Under the pieces are notes generated by a model that saw nothing but the letters and a program-made list of their open reading frames with translations, did no database searches and had not been told where the DNA came from. The position numbers and the translations under genes are program-made. From the NCBI GenBank assembly GCA_973895155.1, contig OZ316895.1, positions 5,536,587-5,600,586 of the forward strand: DNA of 64,000 bases. The letters run 5' to 3'. Below, piece after piece: positions 39,924 through 47,730 of this stretch; position 1 is the stretch's first letter, and every line of letters begins with the position of its first letter. The DNA is from Marsupella aquatica. Its lineage: Eukaryota > Plantae > Marchantiophyta.

Positions 39924-41201
39924 TCACAACCCTCTACGTAGGATTCCGGAGAGCCACAACTTAGCGTCCATGAAGTCATCTTCAACTCCGTGTTCAGCCA
40001 ATTTGTACCACTTGGTGCGCACAGTGGTCACCTGACCAGATTCGTCCATTTCAAACCTGCACTCCCCTGACAGCAGGAGTTTCATTGACTGGTTCTCCTC
40101 AGAATGTTTCTCAAGACGTGGCGAGTTCCCGAGCTCTGGACGATGACATCTAGCCCACCATTCTATCAGTCCCAACTGCCCTACGCTCGTTGGTAAATCA
40201 TTTGTCAAAGTGGCTGTCCATTGCGCATACACCCACCGATTGTAAGGATTCTTCACGGTATTCTCATAATAGATATCATGAAGTTTAACAACCACTCCCG
40301 ACAGACCCAACAGCTGCACCCACTCGACCAACATATCTCTTCCACGGAAGCAAAGGAGGGGATTCTGGAGTTCCACCTTCTCATAAAAGAGCTTCACAAT
40401 GGTATCCCATTTCTTCTCATCAGAACTTATTTCAGCCACGGGTCCCGACATAACATCCTTCAGCATGTACATAAGGTCTTCCACCTTTTCCCTCATAGTC
40501 ACGTCTCGTGAGGGAATTGGTGGAGGGGGAACATAAACGGCCGGCTCCTCCGCCTCCTCTAATATATGCACATCTTCCATATATGATGATCCCTGGGTTG
40601 TAGTAGTCAGTACAATTGTCTTAGAAGGGGCATTTTCCAACCATGCAAAAACATCAGAACTCTCCAAACCAACTTCCGCAGCTAGAACTTCCACATTGAC
40701 GCAATGGGCTCCAAGCTTCGAAGCAGCAATCATCTTCTTCATCTGCCATGAAGCTAGATACACTACTCTCTGGCCTTCCTCTTCTAAGGACTCTGCGTCA
40801 ATGCCAATCTCGTCCTCGTCTACCACTGCTTCATCCGAGGACAGGAATAGACCTTCCAGTGAAACTTCAGCTGCCACACCATCATTCCCCTCCTCTGTAC
40901 TCTCGTGGAGCCCAAAGCCGCCAAAATTCATGGCAATTCTCTGACGCCCTGGGAACCTGGGGTCTGAAGCTCGATGCGCTTCTGCCCCATCATTCCCTGC
41001 CAACAATGCCCAAATTGTCGGCCTGTATTGAGCATTTCCTGATGTTCTGAGAACGGGATTTCTCCAGACTTGCACCAGGCTGGGCGATGCGCGAGTTGGA
41101 GCTGATGAACATGCTGAAGAATTGAAGGTGGGTAGCTGACGAGGGAGGTTGGTGTCCAAAGGAGCCGCTGCAGCCAGAGATGTTGTTACAGTAGCGGCCA
41201 T
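39924..41201 (-). CDS. Intronless, probably plastid-targeted protein: OCP3-like segment plus C-terminal NTF2/SnoaL/DUF2358-like domain
   Basis: 425-aa ORF with an Ala/Ser/Thr-rich N-terminus. An acidic tract is followed by YLASWQMKKMIAASKLG...VEVLAAEVGLESSDVFAWLENAP. The C-terminus has FYEKVELQNPLLCFRGRD...QWT...LSGECRFEMDESGQVTTVRTKW. Confidence 0.8.
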   Translation of the reverse strand: MAATVTTSLAAAAPLDTNLPRQLPTFNSSACSSAPTRASPSLVQVWRNPVLRTSGNAQYRPTIWALLAGNDGAEAHRASDPRFPGRQRIAMNFGGFGLHESTEEGNDGVAAEVSLEGLFLSSDEAVVDEDEIGIDAESLEEEGQRVVYLASWQMKKMIAASKLGAHCVNVEVLAAEVGLESSDVFAWLENAPSKTIVLTTTTQGSSYMEDVHILEEAEEPAVYVPPPPIPSRDVTMREKVEDLMYMLKDVMSGPVAEISSDEKKWDTIVKLFYEKVELQNPLLCFRGRDMLVEWVQLLGLSGVVVKLHDIYYENTVKNPYNRWVYAQWTATLTNDLPTSVGQLGLIEWWARCHRPELGNSPRLEKHSEENQSMKLLLSGECRFEMDESGQVTTVRTKWYKLAEHGVEDDFMDAKLWLSGILRRGL

Positions 41202-41750
41202 GGGCTCACTCCAGGACCCTAATTATCGAGGTCTTCTTCATCTATCACTTCCAAAACCCTGTTCAAACGCTCCATTCGGTATGCAAACTGCACATACATT
41301 ATTGAAGCTTGACGATAACAAAGTAGTCTGGAGCTTACCTCGACATCATAATTCTGTCAGGCAAACTTCCCCGTTGATCCAAGTCAACTTGGCTGATCCT
41401 GAACAATGCCTGTGACTCAACTGACAGATTGTTGCAGCCGGGGTTTGTTACGGGCATGCAGTTTGCACCAGAGCCCACCACAATGCAAGGTGAGATGGAG
41501 CTGGACATCTTGATTCAAATGAACAGATTTGCCAGCCACTGAATCTCGCCCAGTTTCGTAGCACATGGACCTAGTATCCTACACAGCAGTGTCATACCCA
41601 GAGCTCGTCCACAGGCCATCATCCAGTGACACTATGCAATCCAGTGAGTCTGCCCATGTCCTCCCAAGCTATAAAAACTCAATTCATGCTAGGCCTGGTT
41701 GGCAAGCAAGAGAAGAGTTTGTAAGGGGCACTCACACAACGAGAGAGGTA

Positions 41751-42091
41751 GCAATTTCCATTTTGTACTTGAGAGAACCAATTTCCATTTTGTACTTGAG
41801 AGGACCAATTTGCATTTTGTACTTTAGAGGACCGGTTTGTATATCCTACTTGAGGGGACCAATTTGCAATTCTACTTGAGAGGACCAATTTGCAGTTTCA
41901 AGTAGGACCAGTTTGTATTTTCTACTTGAGAGGACCAATTTGCATTTTCTACTTGAGAGGGAGGACCAGTTTGCATTTTTTACTTGAGAAACCCAGTTTG
42001 CATACTTTCTACTTGAGAGAACCAATTTGCATATTTTACTTGAAAGAACCAATAAGCATTTTTTTACTTGAGAAACCCAGTTTACATTTCT
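41751..42091. repeat. 27-bp minisatellite, about 12 copies
   Basis: Unit TACTTGAGAGGACCAATTTGCATTTTG/C, for example at 41766 and 41793. Confidence 0.92.
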
Positions 42092-42565
42092 TACTTTGTA
42101 TCTCTCACTTACACTGTAGATTTATGCTATTTGGCTAAGTTGATTTTGCAAAATGAGAGGTGGCAGCTTGGTGTGAAACTTTATTATTCTGAAGTCTCTC
42201 TCTAAGTGCACACTCTTGCGAAGAAGCATCTGCACTTAAACTGCCACAGCCCAGGAAGCAAAACTTGATGGATCCAGGTTATCATAATTAGTAAATAATG
42301 TTCTAACCTGGGTTTGCACTGCCATACTTGGAAAACCTTGCAAGTGGGCATTTATCCATAAAAGTTACAGTGTCTTCATCTACAATGGGCCCCTATGTTG
42401 CTGGATATTCTAGTGACTCCCAACCTCAACCTAAATTATACATCCCTGCTCTAAACGTGGTCCTCTACTCCATATTTTGCCCTAGAGAAAAACGTCATGT
42501 GCTGATCAGTAAGTGGAAGTTAATGGAATTGTGCACTTACCAATATATGTTCATGTACACCTTTT

Positions 42566-42680
42566 GTCATCCATTTTAGTCATCCATTTTAGTATCCATT
42601 TTAGTCATCCATTTTGCCATCCATAAAGTTTTAGTCATCCATTTTAGTCATCCATTTTTGTCATCCACTTTTAGTCATCA
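42566..42680. repeat. 13-bp tandem repeat
   Basis: GTCATCCATTTTA is repeated about 8 times with variants. Confidence 0.9.
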
Positions 42681-43488
42681 TTCAGTGAAAGTTTGTTTGG
42701 CCAGTTTGCACATACAAAATTTTTCAAAAAATGTGCAAAGCCACAAACAAACAGAGAAGAACACAACACCTTGCATTTAGTTAGGGTTTGCACTTATATA
42801 ATATGCACTTATGGAGCTACTGAGATGTAAACATGGGATGCAAGGAGGAACATAGACGGAGTTTGACAACATTGACAAAAAGAGAATACAGCCTTGGAAA
42901 AGAGACCAAGGAAAGCTTGGTCATAGTGGCCCGAAAAACATTTGATGATGCCTACCATCGGCTCAAGCACAAGAATGTCAGTGAAAGCCTGAAAAACATT
43001 TGTAGTGCCTAGGTAAAGATGTGGTTTCATGCATAGGGTTGGAGATATGCTTTGTTGAGGGTGACTCTCAGGTTAGAGGGTATAGTATGGAGTGAATTCA
43101 AAGGACACTTAGTTTTTTGAATTGAGCATGTTGGGCTGGAAGTTAATCTTGGTAATGAGTAGTGCTCCTTGGCTATGGTGGTTATGGTTAGCTTCCACCT
43201 ATAGTAGATTTTTCCATTGTGTAATGGGTCTGACTGTTTATGATTTTATACATATTTTATGATAATATATTTTTTCACTGATTTAAGTTCTGGTACATTT
43301 GTATTTGAGTATGCTTTCTTCCACCTATGTTATGTTAAATCAATGATCTAGGTAATGATCTAGGTTGTATGACAATGTGATGATTTGCTTGACAAAGATA
43401 ATATTATATCCAAAGAGCATGTTTTAATATTATCCAAGCTCAAAGGTTTATATGAGATCCCATCCGAGCTTCCTTCATACTTGACAGT

Positions 43489-43509
43489 TGGGCCCAGGCA
43501 TTAGGGTTT
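43489..43509 (+). promoter_or_regulatory. Site II plus telo-box module upstream of the RH57 gene
   Basis: TGGGCC (43489-43494) and TTAGGGTTT (43501-43509) lie about 230 bp upstream of the ATG. This pairing is typical of plant ribosome-biogenesis and snoRNA promoters. Confidence 0.6.
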
Positions 43510-43736
43510 CTGGAGTCTCTCGGATTTCCTCACCAGTGAGGGCTTCACTAGGTATTTAGGGTTCAGGGTTTATGGCTACACAATGTACAACAGGAATGCA
43601 AATCCTACGAATCCCCTATGTCGAACACGTTGGAAGCGGCGCGTCTTGGTGTCACGCTGAGGGATTTGCGATCGATGAATCTCCTATAATTGGAGAGCAG
43701 GAGAGGATGAGAATGTCTTGTTGAAGACTGTGAGGC

Positions 43737-46700
43737 ATGGATTCTTCCGTCCTCTTTTCGGGCTTGCGTTTCGACAAGAACCGGTTTGGAACTGACGTTC
43801 GTCGATTCAAGGTGAGCCTCAGGGAACGAATTGCGGCTTTTTTGTTGGCATCGGAGTGCAGCGGATGCTTCTTCGTCAGGTCTTCCCCGTCTCTTTTCTG
43901 TCGTTTGGGGGTTTCTTTCGAATAGGGAACTGTTGTGGACGCGTTGTTAGCTCGTTCCAGTCAGGTGACGGTGCAAGATATACGTTCTTCGTGGCGTGAA
44001 GGCTTCCTAGAGGTTTCTGGCAATTTTGTTGTTTCATTTCTTGACTACATTCACCTCATGGATTGGCGAAGAGTAGGCATCCAGCTCGTGATGTTCCAAG
44101 GCCTAAGACTTGATTCTAGTTGTGCCCTAGAGGTCACTCGGGATCCTTCTTCTTAATGTTTCGATAAGATTCAACTATAGGATTGGCGGAGATTAGGGGT
44201 CCAACGGTGATTTTGTCTGGCTAACCGTACCTTTGCTTTGTGAACAGAGGGACGTAGAGGCTCAGATCACTGACGTTCATACAATTTCTGTGAACGGACA
44301 CTCCGGGAAAAATCCACCTATCCCACGGGATGCTGTAACGGAGGGAAGCATAGAAGGCAGAGGGCTTGTCAAAAAGAAGGTCTCCAACAGTAGCACCGAG
44401 AATGGACCTGGTATGCCATTATTTTGAGTGAGTTGTGCTCAGGTTGATGTAGTTGTACGCGAACACCTGCACTCGTTATTCGTGATTCACACCCACTTTT
44501 GAAAGGATGTCCTATATTGTTGTCGGTTCTTCTCACCCAGTGCATAATGCAATGCAGGGGTGTTCAACGTGTTTCAACCAGTTCCTGAGAAACATTCTCC
44601 CGATGACATCCCGTTGGAGTTGCCGGTACCGAAGCAGAGTGGAAAATCCGAGGCCAGACTAGAAGAGGAAGCGGGAGCTCTGCGGAAGAAATTTCGTCTC
44701 CACGTTGCCGGACAGAGCGTCCCGCCTCCATTAAGAGACTTCGAGCAATTGAGATCACAGTATCCTACTGTCAACGTGTTATGCATTTTTTTTCTTCGTT
44801 TATTGTTGGATACACTTACGGTTAGAGTCGTCTCAGAGGTTGCGTATCTAACCGTAAGTCTATCAGTATCAGACAGTGCTCTCAGTATTAGCTATCGAGG
44901 TGCATCCTTGACATATACACGGATATAGGTGCAAGAAACTTCTTCTCAAAAGGATATCTGAAGCGGGTTATGCTGAACCCACCCCGATCCAGCGTCAAGC
45001 AATCCCTGTTTTACTTGGCCGTCGGGAATGTCTCGCTTGCGCTCCTACTGGTTCCGGGAAGACTCTGGCATTCATGCTCCCGATTGTGATGAATCTGAAG
45101 GTGACTTCTTGAAATTGATGCCACCAACTCTAAGCAGTTTTTGCAATGTGTAAAATTAGATCTGGATGTGTACAAACTACCTTAATTTCGGTAGCTGATA
45201 TGGAATTCAAGGAATGTTGATGTTCATCACTTGTAAGTTTCTCCTGAGACCAGCGCATGCCTTCTCACTGTTTTACTGAATGTCTTCTCAGGCGTCTAGC
45301 TCTGAGTGCATCAGGGCAGTCATTTTGTGTCCCATTAGGGAGCTTGCTGCACAGACTGCGAGGGAGTTTCGAAGGCTTTTCCCTGGTAAAGAACTTCGCA
45401 TAAGGGTTCTGACGACTGCCCTATTCAAGAACGCCGATTTCAGTTCGTTGCCATGTGACGTGCTTATCACAACTCCTTTACGGTTGGAGCACCTCATTAA
45501 AGACAAGAAGATAGACCTCAGCAGGTAAAGAGTCGGATGTCATTGTGGTCCATCCTTTCACTTTTGTATGGAAATTGTAAAGGAACAGTGATGGGTTACA
45601 GGGTCTTCATTGCAATGATGAATTCTCTACAATATGTCTGGACTTCTGAGGAACTTAAGTGGTCAGTGTTGACGAATTGGAAAGTTCTGAGCAATGAAGG
45701 CGACATTGTCACATTGTTGATTTCCAAGTTTCTAAGCAATGCATTGATTTAAACGTCTCATGGATCTCACTCTACAGACTTGCGTTCATTCTGTTGAACT
45801 TATCTGTTGTTCAATGGGTTGGCCATCCGTGGGTCGGTCTTGACCACAGTTTCTAGAAGTCGTTGGGCGCAATCTTAATCTATCTCTACTTGTGGTCGTC
45901 TAACAGAGTGGAATATCTCGTCATGGATGAGTCCGACAAATTGTTTGAGATGGGTTTCGTGGAGCAAATCGACTCCGTTGTAGCTGCTTGCTCGAATCCC
46001 AAAGTTCTCCGCGCTCTGTTTAGTGCTACATTGCCGGACACCGTTGAGGAACTGTGTCGCACCATCATGCCTCACCCGATTCGAATAATTGTCGGTGAGA
46101 AGTGAGTGACGGACAGTCCTACCCAATTGTCATGCTGGTGATAACGATTTTGAAGTTCTTGCGCACTTTTTACCAGCATTTGAGCAGTCGACTGTGTCAT
46201 TGTGTCTCTGCCTCTTGGAAGTGCGCAATGAGATCAGTTGGCAGTGCTTCTGTGTTAAATAAAGGTGCTATATTGATGTGATGGATCTTACCAACCCGAG
46301 GCTTAGGACACCCTACCTTGGTGTCAAATGGTCCTACCGACATGGTCAATGATTATTTTCAAATGCATTGATGCGACGATCTTTCGTTAAGGTCTTTGGA
46401 TGTGGAATTGACATTGTTTTTTCTCACCCTAATCGTCCCTCCAGGAATTCTGCTACGTCGACCGTGGACCAGAAGCTCTTGTACGTCGGCAGTGAAGATG
46501 GGAAGCTTCTTGCACTGAAGCAAATATTTCAGAAGGTGCGAAATAGATTCTGAAATCCCTGAAGTTCTGGTACGGTTTGTCCAGTCCTTGGATAACGTAG
46601 GGATCCCCTGTGGTGGATAAACCATGAACACACCATCTGTGTGAGTCACTGCTATCTCAACGATGACAAACATAGGGACGGGCGGTCAGAATTGATGCCA

Positions 46701-47730
46701 TGTTGATTGTCCATTTCAGCTCCGTGCTGGTCCTGAGAGATTTGCAGTGATCTCCGTCCGCTTTTTGGTTTAATGTGTGATTTCTGTAGGTTTAGAAGGA
46801 ATTTTGGAAATCATATGCGTCTTCTCTTCGTGACATGGGACTGACGTTACAGAGCATGTGATCATCTAAATGTGTCTCTACACCGAAAGGTCTTGGACTA
46901 TGTGTGGACCAATCTGTGTTTGGTCTATCTGATCTTCTTTTGTGCTCTGGTGTCAGTCTCTACATTTGTACTTCTGCTTCCTACCTCCTCATCCTCGAAA
47001 GTAGTGCTCCGTTCAGATAGCAGATGATGATTGAAATCTTATTCTACACACCGAAAGCCATTGGCTTAGTGCGGAGAAATCATTCACCTCTGACAAACTG
47101 ATGCTATCTAAGTCTGAGACCATTGCTTCTAGTATGGATACCTTTACCCCCCTCCCGATGTCCTCACTTGGCGTTAGCACGAGATGTGTACCTAATTAGA
47201 AATTGATACTATATTTCATGGTTCGGAAGGTTTAGCGAGAACTTCGTGTATTTCTGAAAGCTTTAATGCCCACCACGTTCATTCTGCAGAGTTTGTGTCC
47301 TCCCGTTCTGCTCTTCGTCGACAGTAAGGAACGTGCAAAAGAACTTCATCGTGAGCTATCATTTGAAAATATTAAGGTTGACAGCATTCATTCTGATCGA
47401 ACTCAAGAGCAGCGGACTGGGGCTGTGGAGAAGTTTAGAGAGGGCAAGACCTGGGTTTTGATTGCAACCGACCTGATGGCAAGAGGAATGGATTTCAAGG
47501 GTGTAAATGGCGTTATAAATTATGACTTTCCGCAGTCTACGGCCACTTACATCCACAGAGTTGGGAGAAGCGGAAGAGCTGGAAGATCCGGGGAGGCCAT
47601 AACTTTTTACACTGAAAAAGATGTTCCACTTCTGAGATCTATAGCGCACGTTATCCGTGGAGCTGGGTGTGAGGTACCCGAATGGATGCTGGCCCTGCGT
47701 AAAGTGAAGCCGAAGAAGCGGAAGAGATAG
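43737..47730 (+). CDS. RH57: DEAD-box RNA helicase 57 (DDX52/Rok1 ortholog)
   Basis: Exons: 43737-43811, 44248-44410, 44558-44759, 44929(or 44923)-45100, 45292-45524, 45907-46101, 46445-46535, 47290-47730. Motifs: [73 protein letters not shown]. Confidence 0.95.
44760..44928 (+). other. U12-type (minor spliceosome) intron in RH57
   Basis: 5' splice site GTATCCT at 44760 and branch site TCCTTGAC at 44905-44912, with no polypyrimidine tract. The in-frame 3' site is AG at 44927-44928 (or GG at 44921-44922). Confidence 0.75.
45604..45700 (+). ncRNA. Intronic box C/D snoRNA; D' guide targets 18S rRNA (site equivalent to human Cm1272/SNORD66)
   Basis: Perfect 9-bp terminal stem CTTCATTGC/GCAATGAAG. 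Boxes: C ATGATGA 45615-45621, D' CTGA 45646-45649, C' GTGTTGA 45666-45672, D CTGA 45687-45690. The guide TATGTCTGGAC is complementary to 18S GUCCAGACAUA. Confidence 0.85.
46220..46345 (+). ncRNA. Candidate intronic H/ACA snoRNA (25S site equivalent to yeast psi1124)
   Basis: The 3' hairpin has pocket strands CTTACC (46287-46292) and AAATGG (46326-46331), which pair with 25S CCAUUU-UU-GGUAAG. Upper stems are CCGAGG/CCTTGG and TAGG/CCTA. The ACA box (46340-46342) lies 14 nt from the pocket. The 5' hairpin and H box are poorly resolved. Confidence 0.55.
46646..46750 (+). ncRNA. U43: Box C/D snoRNA U43 (SNORD43/snR70 equivalent)
   Basis: Terminal stem TCACTGC-ATCTC / GAGAT-GCAGTGA. C-like box ACGATGA at 46660-46666. 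The guide GACGGGCGG plus D' CAGA (46687-46690) is complementary to 18S CCGCCCGUC, and the +5 rule selects the decoding-site Cm. C' ATGTTGA and D CTGA (46733-46736) complete the layout. Confidence 0.85.
46850..46949 (+). ncRNA. Orphan or degenerate box C/D snoRNA, paralog of 47015-47109
   Basis: C-like GTGATCA 46858-46864, D' CCGA 46883-46886, C' GTGTGGA, D CTGA 46929-46932, flanking stem CAGAGCA/TGCTCTG. It shares the CTACA(CA)CCGAAAG..TTGG..GTG.GGA core with the next snoRNA. Confidence 0.5.
47015..47109 (+). ncRNA. Dual-guide box C/D snoRNA (snoR16-like 25S guide plus an 18S guide)
   Basis: 8-bp terminal stem AGATAGCA/TGCTATCT and C box ATGATGA at 47024-47030. The D' guide CTTATTCTACAC (D' CCGA 47051-47054) pairs with 25S GUGUAGAAUAAG. 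The D guide TTCACCTCTGACAA (D CTGA 47098-47101) pairs with 18S UUGUCAGAGGUGAA. Confidence 0.88.

Noticed and set aside
41565-42138. ORFs with 9-aa repeats (LYLRGPICI)
   Set aside because: By-products of the 27-bp minisatellite; the frame is broken by indels.
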